Below are positions 47,549 to 60,040 of a stretch of 64,000 nucleotides of DNA, piece by piece (the first letter of the stretch is position 1; each line of letters opens with the position of its first letter). Source of the DNA: Truepera sp. (GTDB taxonomy: Bacteria; Deinococcota; Deinococci; Deinococcales; Trueperaceae); assembly GCA_965218435.1 (NCBI GenBank), contig CBDCKW010000009.1, positions 3,232,001 through 3,296,000 of the forward strand, read 5' to 3'. A program made the translations under genes and the position numbers. The notes under the pieces were generated by a model. The model was given only the letters and a program-made list of their open reading frames with translations, was not told where the DNA came from and made no database searches.

Positions 47549-48571
47549 TTGTTTGCCTTTATCGTTCGGCGCATCTTGTTTTTACCCGTTATCTTCATCG
47601 GCGTTACACTCTTTATCGTTTTACTCATGCAGCTTCTCAGCCCTTATGAACGCGCCGTGACCTTCGTGACCTCAGAGGTGCAGCTCCGCAATATTGACGC
47701 GATTATCGAGCAGTACGGCCTTGATAAACCCTGGTACGTGCAGTACTGGAACTGGCTGTCTCAGGCGCTCCAGGGTAATCTAGGTTTCTCTCGCGTGACC
47801 AATCAACCTGTTTTGACGACGATTGCCCAGCGGCTTCCGAACACCATTGAACTTGCGGTGCTAACTATCATTCCGACCATTGCGTTTGGGATTTGGCTGG
47901 GGACAGCCGCCGCCTTAAACCGTGACCGAGCTATCGACCAGGTTTCCCGGATAACGTCTATTTTCTTTTGGTCACTCCCGACGTTTGTCCTGGCAATTTG
48001 GCTGCTGGTTATCTTTTACGGCGGCTTTAACCTGTTTGGTATCGGTCAGCTGTCTTCAAATTTTTCTAGGGCCATTATCCGGCCCGAGTTTCACCGCTAT
48101 ACCGGTTTTCTGCTCCTAGACTCCCTGGCAAACGGCCGCGTTGACATTTTCTGGAACGCGCTTTTGCACCTTGTCTTACCGGTAGCAACGCTCGTGCTGG
48201 TTATCAGCGCACAGATCGTGCGGGTGATGCGCTCGTCGCTGCTTGATACTTTGACGCAAGATTACGTGCGGACAGCACGGGCTAAAGGACTTTCAGAAAG
48301 GGTGGTTAATCACAAGCACGCACGGCGTAACGCGCTGATTCCGGTTTTGACGCTTTCCGGATTTACACTGGTCGGGCTGCTTAACGGTGCCGTCATTATC
48401 GAAACGATCTTCGCGCTTCCCGGTGTCGGCAAATGGCTGGCAGACGCCGCCGTACAGCTCGACTACGCCGCAGTTTTGGGCGGCGCGGTGTTTGTCGGCG
48501 TTATCGTCGTCGTCGGTAACCTTATCGTAGACATTCTCTACGCGGTGGTAGACCCCAGGATACGGTACTAA
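47549..48571 (+). CDS. ABC permease (DppB/OppB-like)
   Basis: YGLDKP, HLVLP, DYVRTARAKGL and HARRNALIP. Confidence 0.93.
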   Translation: MFAFIVRRILFLPVIFIGVTLFIVLLMQLLSPYERAVTFVTSEVQLRNIDAIIEQYGLDKPWYVQYWNWLSQALQGNLGFSRVTNQPVLTTIAQRLPNTIELAVLTIIPTIAFGIWLGTAAALNRDRAIDQVSRITSIFFWSLPTFVLAIWLLVIFYGGFNLFGIGQLSSNFSRAIIRPEFHRYTGFLLLDSLANGRVDIFWNALLHLVLPVATLVLVISAQIVRVMRSSLLDTLTQDYVRTARAKGLSERVVNHKHARRNALIPVLTLSGFTLVGLLNGAVIIETIFALPGVGKWLADAAVQLDYAAVLGGAVFVGVIVVVGNLIVDILYAVVDPRIRY

Positions 48572-49629
48572 TGGACAACGTCGACCCCAGTACAGCCGGT
48601 GCTTACGCTGAAGACGAAAGGGTACTCGAGCAGGCCAGCTCGAGCGGCTGGTGGCGCTCAAAAGCGATGAAACGGTTTCGGCGCAACCCGCTTGCTATCG
48701 TAGGTGCGCTGCTCCTCATTTCTTTTGTGCTCATCGCCATCTTCGCTGCACCCCTCACCTCGTACCAGCTCATCAATACCCGTAACACGTGCGTGCGTGA
48801 CCTCGGTTTGTCTGCCTCGACGGTGACCGACGTTCGTAACCCGCTTACAGCAGTTTTTTGGCGGGCTGTCGTGTTGCCACCCGCGTCTTGCTTCGACATC
48901 CCCCGCGTGTCTTATTCTCCCATCCCAACGCCCCCGTCAGAAGGTACCTTTTTAGGAACGACCGGCGGCGGGTACGACATCTACTACGGCCTTATTTGGG
49001 GCGCACGTTCGGCGTTTTACGCAGGTATCGCCGTTACCGGTTTTAGTGTTTTGGTCGGCATCATCGTCGGGAGTATCTCCGGATTCTTTGGCGGCTGGGT
49101 AGACAACGCGCTCATGCGGCTGGTAGACATCATCTTTGCCATTCCGGGCCTCGTTCTCGCTATTGTTATCGTTGCTATTTTAGGTCAAGGCTTGACCAAT
49201 GTCATCCTCGCGTTTATGATCTTTGGCTGGGCGGGTTACGCCCGCTTACTTCGCGGCGACGTATTGCAACTTAAAGAGCGAGAGTTCGTAGACGGTGCGA
49301 GGGCTCTCGGTGCGGGCAACGGCCGTTTGATCTTTCGCCACATTTTACCTAGCGCCGTTGGTCCTCTGATCATCGTTGCCAGCTTAGACATCGGCTCGGT
49401 TGTTCTCTCGGTTGCCGCGCTAAGTTTTTTAGGGCTCGGTGCGCCTGTCGGCTACGCCGACTGGGGGCAGATGATCAACTTTGCCCGTGGTTGGTTGCAA
49501 GGACCGCCCGGACAACCCTTTGCCTACTGGTACGTGTCGTTTTGGCCGGGACTGATTATTGTCCTCTTCGTCCTTGGTTGGAACCTTTTAGGCGACGCGG
49601 TACGCGACGTTATGGATGTGCGCGGTTAA
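48571..49629 (+). CDS. ABC permease (DppC/OppC-like)
   Basis: FRRNP, REFVDGARALGA, LSFLGLG and NLLGDAVRD. Confidence 0.93.
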   Translation: MDNVDPSTAGAYAEDERVLEQASSSGWWRSKAMKRFRRNPLAIVGALLLISFVLIAIFAAPLTSYQLINTRNTCVRDLGLSASTVTDVRNPLTAVFWRAVVLPPASCFDIPRVSYSPIPTPPSEGTFLGTTGGGYDIYYGLIWGARSAFYAGIAVTGFSVLVGIIVGSISGFFGGWVDNALMRLVDIIFAIPGLVLAIVIVAILGQGLTNVILAFMIFGWAGYARLLRGDVLQLKEREFVDGARALGAGNGRLIFRHILPSAVGPLIIVASLDIGSVVLSVAALSFLGLGAPVGYADWGQMINFARGWLQGPPGQPFAYWYVSFWPGLIIVLFVLGWNLLGDAVRDVMDVRG

Positions 49630-49645
49630 AGGTTTACCGTAAACT

Positions 49646-50203
49646 TTAGTGCAGTTTAACTGCCGCCGCGTTTTCCCGGTCGAGCTTTTTTTCCGGGAGA
49701 ACGCGGTTTAGTTTGAGGATAAACGCGCTGAGCGCGTAGCTCTGCTCATCGTTAAGCGTCCCCGGTGCGTGCCGGGGCATTGCCGCGCGGACGAACGCTT
49801 GGAGCGCCGCCGCGTTTTGAAACGCGGGCAGCGCGTCCGGGCCATGCAGAGCGGGCGCGACGCCGATAGAGAAGGCGTTGCCAATCGCCGAGCGGCCCCT
49901 GACCGACTCGAAACTGCGGTCACCCATCTGCACTCTCAGCTGAGGGTTGCCCGGTTTATGGCAGCCTTCGCAGTGGCGGTGGTCTTCAGGAAAAGCGAGG
50001 CGGGCCTCGGCGAGTCCGCCGCCTGCGTCCCCATGACAGACTGCGCAGCGTAACGCAAAAATCTGTTTTCCCCTGGTGACTTGGTGCGTAAGAGCTGACT
50101 CGTCTTTCGCCAAAACCTTCGCTCCAGGTTTACCTGCAAAGGACGCGCCCAGCGATAACGCGAGTAAACCGACTACGAAAAGTGTAAAAACCAGACTGCG
50201 CAT
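49646..50203 (-). CDS. Exported c-type cytochrome with two CxxCH motifs
   Basis: Signal peptide, CAVCH and CEGCH, with axial Met candidate in AAMP. Confidence 0.85.
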   Translation of the reverse strand: MRSLVFTLFVVGLLALSLGASFAGKPGAKVLAKDESALTHQVTRGKQIFALRCAVCHGDAGGGLAEARLAFPEDHRHCEGCHKPGNPQLRVQMGDRSFESVRGRSAIGNAFSIGVAPALHGPDALPAFQNAAALQAFVRAAMPRHAPGTLNDEQSYALSAFILKLNRVLPEKKLDRENAAAVKLH

Positions 50204-50229
50204 CTGCTAAGAGTCTACCAGTCCGACCC

Positions 50230-51141
50230 TCAGACCGTCTCGGGCGACCGCTGCCCGCACGGGTCAACGGGCTCACCGCTTTCAATCTGTAACGTCGTAT
50301 GGACGATTTCAAACTTATCGTGTAGCCCGCCGCACGCCTGCTGAATAAGCGGGTTGCTGTCGCCGTTATGTCCCGGAACGATCACGTGCGCCGTCAGCGC
50401 GGCCTCAGTGGTACTCATGGCCCAAATATGCAGGTCGTGAACATCCGTGACCCCGGGCAGACTCTGCAGATAATCGCGTACTGCCTCCGGGTTGATGCCG
50501 TCCGGTACTGCGTCTAAAGAGAGCCGCAGCGTATCCCGGAAAAGCCCCCAGGTACTCCAAAGTACGACCCCGACGATGACTAGGCTGATCACTGGGTCGA
50601 GCCAGTTGGCACCGGTGTAGAGGATCAGGACGCCCGCGAGGAGGACGCCTAACGTCACGAGACCGTCAGCCATCATGTGCAAAAATGCGCCCCGGATGTT
50701 GAGGTCGTCTCGGCCTTTGACAAACAGATAAGCCGTGCCGAAGTTGACGACGAGCCCCACCAGCGTCACCCAGATGATCGCAGCGCCGGAGATGGGTTCT
50801 GGGTTTCGCAGCCGCTGAACCGCCTCCCAAAAAACGATACCCATCGCGCCGAAGAGCAGCAGCGCGTTAAAGAGTGAGGCGACGATGGGCGAACGTTTGA
50901 GGCCGTAGGTAAAGCGTTCAGACGGGGGTTGCTGCGACAACCGCGCGGCGGCCCAGGCGAGAATGAGGCTCAGCACGTCGCTGGCGTTATGGCCAGCGTC
51001 GGCGACGAGACCGAGTGAACCGATAGCTAAACCGACGATGACTTCGACGACGACGTAAGTCAGGTTGAGCCCGATACCCCAGGCGAAGGCGCGGCCGAAG
51101 TTTTGCGGTGTATGTGAATGTCCTGCGTGACTATGTGCCAC
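50230..51141 (-). CDS. czcD: Cation diffusion facilitator (CzcD/ZitB-like)
   Basis: His-rich N-terminus, ADAGHNASD, HMMAD, VHDLHIW and HTTLQIE. Confidence 0.92.
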   Translation of the reverse strand: MAHSHAGHSHTPQNFGRAFAWGIGLNLTYVVVEVIVGLAIGSLGLVADAGHNASDVLSLILAWAAARLSQQPPSERFTYGLKRSPIVASLFNALLLFGAMGIVFWEAVQRLRNPEPISGAAIIWVTLVGLVVNFGTAYLFVKGRDDLNIRGAFLHMMADGLVTLGVLLAGVLILYTGANWLDPVISLVIVGVVLWSTWGLFRDTLRLSLDAVPDGINPEAVRDYLQSLPGVTDVHDLHIWAMSTTEAALTAHVIVPGHNGDSNPLIQQACGGLHDKFEIVHTTLQIESGEPVDPCGQRSPETV

Positions 51142-51166
51142 TAAATCTCCTCTAAAATTATTGACA

Positions 51167-51709
51167 TTAAAAAAACCGTGGAACTTGCTTGCAGTAGCGG
51201 TCGTAGTCAGTGCCGAAACGCTCTCTTAACCAAGGCTCTTCGGTAAAAGGCCATAAGATAAAGAGCAGCGCCCCCAGTAAACCGGGCAGGATGACGAGAG
51301 CTGCATTACTAAACAAGACCAGACCGATAAGAGTGGCAGCGTCACCTAGATATTGAGGGTTGCGGGTGTAACGGTAGAGCCCTGTAGTTGTCAGCTTGCC
51401 TTTAAGCCCAGCAGAGTTAGACGCGCCCAACCGACCAACGCCGGAAAAGGCTAGCAGCAGCCCGCCCGCAAACAAAGGCAAACCGACAACGTAGCGCAGC
51501 CAATCGGGAACTATGAAGCTGTTCCAATCCAGTAGGGCTAGCACTCCAAGAGCTACGAAAACGAAGAGGATGAGCACCCAGACAAACCAGAACTGCGGGC
51601 TTTTCCAACCCGGTGTCGGCCAGACTCTGTGCGCCGGACTGAGGATAGAAATAACCAAGCTGATGCCAAGCGCCAGCTCAGCGGCGAGAGTAAGGTAAAA
51701 AAGCACCAT
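51167..51709 (-). CDS. PEMT/ICMT-like membrane methyltransferase family protein
   Basis: LTTTGLYRYTRNPQY, EEPWL and Y-x-x-YC-x-x-VPRF. Confidence 0.85.
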   Translation of the reverse strand: MVLFYLTLAAELALGISLVISILSPAHRVWPTPGWKSPQFWFVWVLILFVFVALGVLALLDWNSFIVPDWLRYVVGLPLFAGGLLLAFSGVGRLGASNSAGLKGKLTTTGLYRYTRNPQYLGDAATLIGLVLFSNAALVILPGLLGALLFILWPFTEEPWLRERFGTDYDRYCKQVPRFF

Positions 51710-51711
51710 CG

Positions 51712-52020
51712 TTACTGACCGTGTTGAACGTGCTCGAGCCCACACCTGACCAGTTGCTCGACGTGCGCGTCGTCCAAGCTGTAAAACACGTAACGCCCCT
51801 CTTTACGGCTTTTGACGAGCCGCAGCTGCCGCAAATGCCGCAGATGGTGCGAGGTGGCCGACTCGCTCAGCTTGGCCTGAGCTGCCAAATCGGTAACGTT
51901 ATGCTCTCGTTCCGTTAGTGCCGCTAAGATCAGGATGCGTGCGCCGTCGCCCAGCGTGCGGAAAAGTTCGGCCAAAGAGATCGCAGCCCCTTCATCTACG
52001 TGTACCGCTAACTCCGGCAT
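51712..52020 (-). CDS. ArsR/SmtB metal-sensing repressor (alpha5, CzrA/SmtB-like)
   Basis: FRTLGD, SATSHHLR, and alpha5 ligand pattern DDAHV...EHVQH. Confidence 0.9.
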   Translation of the reverse strand: MPELAVHVDEGAAISLAELFRTLGDGARILILAALTEREHNVTDLAAQAKLSESATSHHLRHLRQLRLVKSRKEGRYVFYSLDDAHVEQLVRCGLEHVQHGQ

Positions 52021-52031
52021 AGTTTAGCACC

Positions 52032-52045
52032 TGAACATCTATTCA
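52032..52045. promoter_or_regulatory. SmtB/CzrA-type operator
   Basis: TGAACATCTATTCA (TGAA-N6-TTCA) just downstream of a minus-strand TATAAT at 52054-52059. Confidence 0.75.
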
Positions 52046-52130
52046 TATATTTGATTATAAACCGAGTCTACTTCCCAAGATCAAAGACAACCTTAAAAAC
52101 CGGTAAGTTAGCTGGTTCTGCCGACTAAAG

Positions 52131-52796
52131 CTAAGCCCCAGCAGGGCAGGCGCACGCCTCAGCCGGACAACGCCCTGCCGGACACAGCGCCGGGTGCAGC
52201 TCCCGCCACGCCTCAGTTAGCACCGTAAAAGCCGAACGGAGAAACAGCGCCGTAATCACCAAACTGATCAGCAAGTCGGGCCACACGGAGTGGGTGAACA
52301 CCGTCACACCGGCAGCGAGGATCACGCTGGTGTTGGCCGCGATGTCGTTACGCGAGCAGAGCCAGGTCGAACGCATGTTGATGTCGTCAGCTCGGTGCCG
52401 AGTGAGCAGATAGAGGCACACGCCGTTGGCCGCGAGTGCGACGAGGGCCGTCAGGCCCATCAAACCCGCTTCCGGAGTCTCTGGGACGTGGAGTTTATAG
52501 ATAGCCTGCCCCAAGACCCCGAGGCCGAACACCGCCATAATGCCGCCCTTAAGGAGTGCTGAACGTGCCCGCCAGTGCAGCGCCCGACCGATAGCAAAGA
52601 TACTAAAGCCGTACACCAGCGTGTCACCAAGCATATCGAGCGAATCCGCCAAGAGCGCCACCGACCCGGCCCATAGGCCCATAATTAGCTCGAGGACGAA
52701 CATACCGCCGTTAATCCCCAGCACCGTCCACAGCACTCGGGACTGGCTCTTCTGTAAAGCTTCGACTTCGCAGCCTTTATCTTGGCAACACGACAT
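52131..52796 (-). CDS. Short CDF-family cation transporter with Cys-rich termini
   Basis: LLADSLDMLGD and WLCSRND. TATAAT lies 6 nt before the ATG. Confidence 0.88.
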   Translation of the reverse strand: MSCCQDKGCEVEALQKSQSRVLWTVLGINGGMFVLELIMGLWAGSVALLADSLDMLGDTLVYGFSIFAIGRALHWRARSALLKGGIMAVFGLGVLGQAIYKLHVPETPEAGLMGLTALVALAANGVCLYLLTRHRADDINMRSTWLCSRNDIAANTSVILAAGVTVFTHSVWPDLLISLVITALFLRSAFTVLTEAWRELHPALCPAGRCPAEACACPAGA

Positions 52797-52892
52797 ACCG
52801 GGATTATAGACCTTTGAGCGGCAGGTGTTGGCGGTGGCGCTACCCTTAGGCTGTCCCAGGCGTAGGGACTCGAACTCGTTTTGTCCAAGCGG

Positions 52893-53339
52893 CTAGCTGG
52901 GCACGTAAATAGCCCTGGTCATGAGTCCAACAGCGATAAGCGTAAGCGCAAACCCCAGCAGCGCAAACCGCCGCGCAGGACGGATATCCTTCGTTTCTTT
53001 GAGGTTGCGTAAGGCAGGCCGGAGCGCCCCGTCCCCGATCCCGAGTAGAGCTACCGCGATAACGATACACACGGTGACGATGCCGCCCCACTCCCCTTTG
53101 AACAAACTGTCGTAACCACGCGTTCTAAGAACTAGAATTAGTCCGAAAAAGATCGTGGCCATCCCCGAATAGGTCAGCACGCGTACAGTCGTTTCGGCGA
53201 GGGACTCGAGCCCAGCTGCACCTTTCGCTAAGGCCGGAATCAGGAGAAATGCCAGCACGATATACCCGCCTACCCACAGTGCTCCGCCGACGACGTGACC
53301 GTAACGAATCAGCCACGTTACCGTCGCGGCCAGCGTCAT
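52893..53339 (-). CDS. Hypothetical membrane protein (CopD/DUF2269-like topology)
   Basis: HVVGGALWVGG and four TM segments. Confidence 0.6.
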   Translation of the reverse strand: MTLAATVTWLIRYGHVVGGALWVGGYIVLAFLLIPALAKGAAGLESLAETTVRVLTYSGMATIFFGLILVLRTRGYDSLFKGEWGGIVTVCIVIAVALLGIGDGALRPALRNLKETKDIRPARRFALLGFALTLIAVGLMTRAIYVPS

Positions 53340-53698
53340 GCTCGTCCTTCTAACGCGTCTTGACGGACTGATTGTGCCCTTTTAAGCTGCCGGCTGATGA
53401 GAACTTCACCGATAAACGCGCCCGGTGGACCCCCGGTAAAAACGGTAGCCGCCAAAAACCACCAGCTCCAGAGCCCATCGGTTGCCCCGGTAAAGACCAG
53501 CACCACGAGCGCCAAAAAGTTACCGCCGTGAACCGGGCCGAGGACACTGACCAGCGCACGGTTACCTAGCAGCGACGCGCTGACCAGCGTAACGAGTAAG
53601 AGGGCGTCAGCCAATGCGACCCAGCGTACGAAACGCAACCGGCGTAAGACGGCTCCAGGGTCCGGCACAGATTTAGTCATAAGTTTAGTCATGGTCAA
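53336..53698 (-). CDS. DUF3817-like membrane protein
   Basis: LGPVHGG motif. ATGA overlap with the next gene. Confidence 0.65.
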   Translation of the reverse strand: MTMTKLMTKSVPDPGAVLRRLRFVRWVALADALLLVTLVSASLLGNRALVSVLGPVHGGNFLALVVLVFTGATDGLWSWWFLAATVFTGGPPGAFIGEVLISRQLKRAQSVRQDALEGRA

Positions 53699-53703
53699 AC
53701 CTT

Positions 53704-54216
53704 TCAGAAACGTATAAATACTCGAGCCACCTTCTTAGTCCCACCATCAAGACGTTCGGGAGTCACAATAGGCGTTTGGCGAAACCAGCCAAACACAGGC
53801 GGTGCACCCGTAAAACACCACACCGCAATCACCGGGTCACAAATGGCGCAGCCGAACGAAGAGGGCGCGGCAAAAGGCACGATAGGGTCGCCGTAAAGGT
53901 AGTGCGCGAAATCCCAACAGGTGTGCAGCAACCACGCAGCTCCGATAAACCGGTAGTCGGCCAAGCCCCGAAAAGCGCAGTACGTGATGAGCGTCACAAA
54001 CACGAACTCCCAGACGCCGAAACCACCGCTCAGATACGCGGCTCCGGCACCTGCAATCATCACAGCATTAAACTTTTGCCGCGCCGGTTCTTTGAGTAAA
54101 GAACTCAGAGTGATGTAGAGCAAACCGATAACGAGCGGGGCAAGCCAGTTAGCGAGGTTCAGCACGGCAAGTTTTTGTATAAGCAATTCGGTAAATAGCA
54201 TGGTGTCCTTCAACAC
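53704..54216 (-). CDS. DUF6010-like membrane protein
   Basis: AGAGAAYLSGG, WLLHTCWD and GCAICDP. Confidence 0.7.
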   Translation of the reverse strand: MLKDTMLFTELLIQKLAVLNLANWLAPLVIGLLYITLSSLLKEPARQKFNAVMIAGAGAAYLSGGFGVWEFVFVTLITYCAFRGLADYRFIGAAWLLHTCWDFAHYLYGDPIVPFAAPSSFGCAICDPVIAVWCFTGAPPVFGWFRQTPIVTPERLDGGTKKVARVFIRF

Positions 54217-54224
54217 TTGTAGCT

Positions 54225-54818
54225 CTAACGGGGTTGAGCCGCTTGGATAAGGACTTCAAAACCTTGGAGTGCCACGGCGTCCGCCTCACGGTCACGCATC
54301 AGCCGCTGCATGGTGTGATGCGCGTTGTAAAGACCGAAAAGCTGCCACGCCAACGCTTTAGCATCGGTCTCAGCGCCTAACTGTTTTAGCTCTACCGCTT
54401 CACCGATAACCTGTTGGAAAACGCCGAGCAAACCAGCTAACGTCTCAACTAAATAGTCCCGCACCGCGCCTTCTACCTCATCGAACTCGGCCGTAGCCGC
54501 GACAAAGGGGCAGCCACCGGGCAATCCTGAGCGCGGAGCCCAGCCCAACCAGCGGTCAAAGAGACGGCGTAACCGGGGCAAACCGGGGGGCGCTTGCATG
54601 GCGGGCTCAAGGACTTCACGCCCAGCTAGTGCGGCGGCAGCTTGGAGCAGCTCGAGCTGTAACGCTTCGGACGAGCCGAAGTGCGCGAACACCCCACTTT
54701 TGGAGAGCTTGGCCTGCGCTGCTAACTCACCAATGGTGACGCCCCCAAAGCCGCAACTGCTGACAAGCCCTAAGCCGTGCCGTAAAAGTTGCTGATGCGT
54801 GCGTTCGTATTTCTGCAT
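54225..54818 (-). CDS. TetR/AcrR-family regulator
   Basis: TIGELA...LSKSGVFAHFGS and PGGCPF. Confidence 0.92.
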   Translation of the reverse strand: MQKYERTHQQLLRHGLGLVSSCGFGGVTIGELAAQAKLSKSGVFAHFGSSEALQLELLQAAAALAGREVLEPAMQAPPGLPRLRRLFDRWLGWAPRSGLPGGCPFVAATAEFDEVEGAVRDYLVETLAGLLGVFQQVIGEAVELKQLGAETDAKALAWQLFGLYNAHHTMQRLMRDREADAVALQGFEVLIQAAQPR

Positions 54819-54820
54819 GT

Positions 54821-54853
54821 TGTAAAAATAGCACGAACGTTTTATTTTTGCAA
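54821..54853 (-). promoter_or_regulatory. Leaderless promoter overlapped by a palindromic TetR operator
   Basis: TTGCAA-N17-TATTTT-N6-ATG, with inverted repeat TGTAAAAATA..ACG-AA-CGT..TATTTTTGCA. Confidence 0.7.
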
Positions 54854-55154
54854 GATACAGAGTAGACCGAAGCACGCCAATTTTTGGACATCCAGAAAGA
54901 TTTAACTTTCACCATATGATTCCTATAACAGAAGCAAGAACTGCTGCTGACGACCACTGGAAGGCTAAGCACGAGTCTCGTCACGTAGCTATTTAAGCCC
55001 CACCCACAAAGAACGTTTGCGCTATTTAGATGTCTACCAACGCGTCAGTTTGTACTTGTGAGCTTGCCGAACTCGAGCCCCTAAAGTTAGCTCACCGAAC
55101 GCAAAGGCTGAGGTCGGGTAGCGGTGACAACTTAGTGACTTAAAAAATGAGAAG

Positions 55155-55757
55155 CTAATCTGGCAGCGTCACCGTAAAGACGTTTGAGGTAGTAGCCCCC
55201 GGAGGTAAGTCACACGGGCCAAAAGGGTCTAGGTCGCTCGAGCAAGAACTCGCACTATAACCAAGCTGCATACGGCCCCCAAGTAAGCCGAAGGGTTCTC
55301 CGGTCGCGCCGTCCCACGCATTAGGTCCTGAAATTACAAGCGTGTCAACCCGCTGTTCTTCCGGTCGCACTTCGATAAACTTGTTGTGCCCCACACACGC
55401 CCAATTTGGATTGTACGCACTTTCTTCTTGGGTCAGAGCGCCTACACCATAGATAGGAGACGTATCTTCAGGGTAGCAAAGATCAAAGTAAACCGGGGCG
55501 TCGGTCTGATTGGTATAGGTCAGCAGCAGCGTAACCGTACAGCTTTTGCGGTAACCTTCGCCCTGACAACTTGCAGTGTAGGTAGCTCGGTCGGTCTCGA
55601 GTGATCCGTCAGTGGGAATGGGGTCACGAACCTCAGCAGGCGGCGGTGTATCCGGCCCGGACTGACTCGGCGCAGGCTCAGACGCACACCCTACCAATAG
55701 TGTCAAAACCAATGGTGTCAAAACGCTTGTGACCATCAGTAACTTGTTCGGCCTCAT
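55155..55757 (-). CDS. Hypothetical Cys-rich lipoprotein
   Basis: Lipobox LVGC and six further Cys residues. Confidence 0.7.
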   Translation of the reverse strand: MRPNKLLMVTSVLTPLVLTLLVGCASEPAPSQSGPDTPPPAEVRDPIPTDGSLETDRATYTASCQGEGYRKSCTVTLLLTYTNQTDAPVYFDLCYPEDTSPIYGVGALTQEESAYNPNWACVGHNKFIEVRPEEQRVDTLVISGPNAWDGATGEPFGLLGGRMQLGYSASSCSSDLDPFGPCDLPPGATTSNVFTVTLPD

Positions 55758-55860
55758 AAGGTTTCCTCGGGACGGAAGAAATTTGCCTTAACTTTAGCAT
55801 AACGGCACAAGAAGGCTACATACAGCGCAAAGCCGTATGCAGCACTTAGATAAAGAAGAA

Positions 55861-58590
<2,730 letters not shown>

Positions 58591-58666
58591 GTAGCCTCCT
58601 TGATGAGTAGTTTATCCTAGCCGATTTTGTAGCTAAAAATCTCTGTGTACAAAACGTTTTCGAGGT

Positions 58667-59353
58667 TTACAATGGCGTAACAGCGCCGTAAACGAAAAAA
58701 TCAGCGGTTTTCCCGATACTACTTTGCCACCCTAACGTGGTCAGTTTTGCCTCCAGCTGTTCCGGTTCATAAAACACTTTGACGATGTCAAAGGTTCGAC
58801 CGTCGTCTAAACGCCGCGTTGTTGTCGTTGCGCCTGCACTACCTAGCACCTGATCTTTGGCGGTTCCTGCGGGGGTGTGGCTCGAGTCTATTAAAAACAC
58901 CCGTCCGCAGGGGTTGAGGCACGCCTTTACGGTCGCCCAAAAGCTTGCAAACCGCTCCGGCGGGACGTGCGAGAGCCAGAACGAAAAGAACACCGTGTCG
59001 TACTTTCGCTCCGGTGTCCAGTTAAACAGATCAGCTTGCACGTACCTGATCTTTGCCGACGGCAACCGCGCCCGGTTTAACCCGAGGACTTCGGGTGACG
59101 CGTCTACCGCTGTCAACGAATCCCCATAGTGAGCAAGGTGCTCCGTCCACCACCCCGTCCCACACGCGAGTTCTAAAAGGTCACCGCGCGGCGCGAAGTC
59201 GGCAAGAGCTTTCCCCAACACCTCGACTTCAGCGAACCACTGCGCCCGGTGCGCTTCGCCCCGGTCGTACCGCCCCTGCAGCAAAAACCAAGCGTCGTAC
59301 TCGGACGCCCTGGCCCGGTAATACGCCCGTTGCGACGCCAGTAATTTATCCAT
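58667..59353 (-). CDS. Class I SAM-dependent methyltransferase
   Basis: LELACGTG and FFSFWLSHVP. Confidence 0.9.
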   Translation of the reverse strand: MDKLLASQRAYYRARASEYDAWFLLQGRYDRGEAHRAQWFAEVEVLGKALADFAPRGDLLELACGTGWWTEHLAHYGDSLTAVDASPEVLGLNRARLPSAKIRYVQADLFNWTPERKYDTVFFSFWLSHVPPERFASFWATVKACLNPCGRVFLIDSSHTPAGTAKDQVLGSAGATTTTRRLDDGRTFDIVKVFYEPEQLEAKLTTLGWQSSIGKTADFFVYGAVTPL

Positions 59354-59393
59354 CCACGCCTCCTAATCTCAGTGTGAGGGTAAGCTGCGTGAT

Positions 59394-60038
59394 ATGGAAA
59401 ACCAAAAATCACCCAGCCTGACGATTACCGATCCGGACGCGGCGGCGGCGCTGACGAACCCGAAAACTTTGCGGCAGTTGGAACCCTTTTTGAACCGTGA
59501 ACGCACCGTGCTCGAGGCCGCGCAAGAAACCGGCGTCAAACCCAACACCATGCTGGCGAGGGTTCGCAAATTCACCGAATTAGGGCTTCTCGTCGTTACC
59601 CGTGAGGTGCCGAGAGCCGGACGCGCCGTCAAGCTCTACCGGAGCCGCGCCGAGAGCTTTTTTGTACCGTATGAAGTGACACCGTCGGAAACCTTAGAGA
59701 GTGCCATGCAGGAGCGCGAACGCTATTGGGAAAACCTGCTGAGAAAGAACGTCGTGCGCGTTCGGAGTGAAGATGTCGGGAGCTGGGGTACACGCATCTA
59801 CCGGGACGCTCGAGGCCGCTTGCAGGTGCAGGCCGCCGTAACGCCCGAGCAAAACTACACGCTCTTAGCGCCCGAACGCCCCGCCGCTCTGTCCGCGTGG
59901 CGCGATTCTGTCTATTTAGACTTTGACGATGCTAAAGCCTTGCAGCAAGAGATGTTTGCGCTACTGAAAAAGTATCAGCAAAAAGCGGGGGCGCAGCGGT
60001 ACATTTTTCATTTGGGCTTGGCCCCGATTAGGCCGTAA
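59394..60038 (+). CDS. Winged-helix (ArsR-like) transcriptional regulator
   Basis: HTH TVLEAAQETGVKPNTM and wing RAGRAVKLYR. TAAGCT lies 7 nt before the ATG. Confidence 0.8.
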   Translation: MENQKSPSLTITDPDAAAALTNPKTLRQLEPFLNRERTVLEAAQETGVKPNTMLARVRKFTELGLLVVTREVPRAGRAVKLYRSRAESFFVPYEVTPSETLESAMQERERYWENLLRKNVVRVRSEDVGSWGTRIYRDARGRLQVQAAVTPEQNYTLLAPERPAALSAWRDSVYLDFDDAKALQQEMFALLKKYQQKAGAQRYIFHLGLAPIRP

Positions 60039-60040
60039 CG

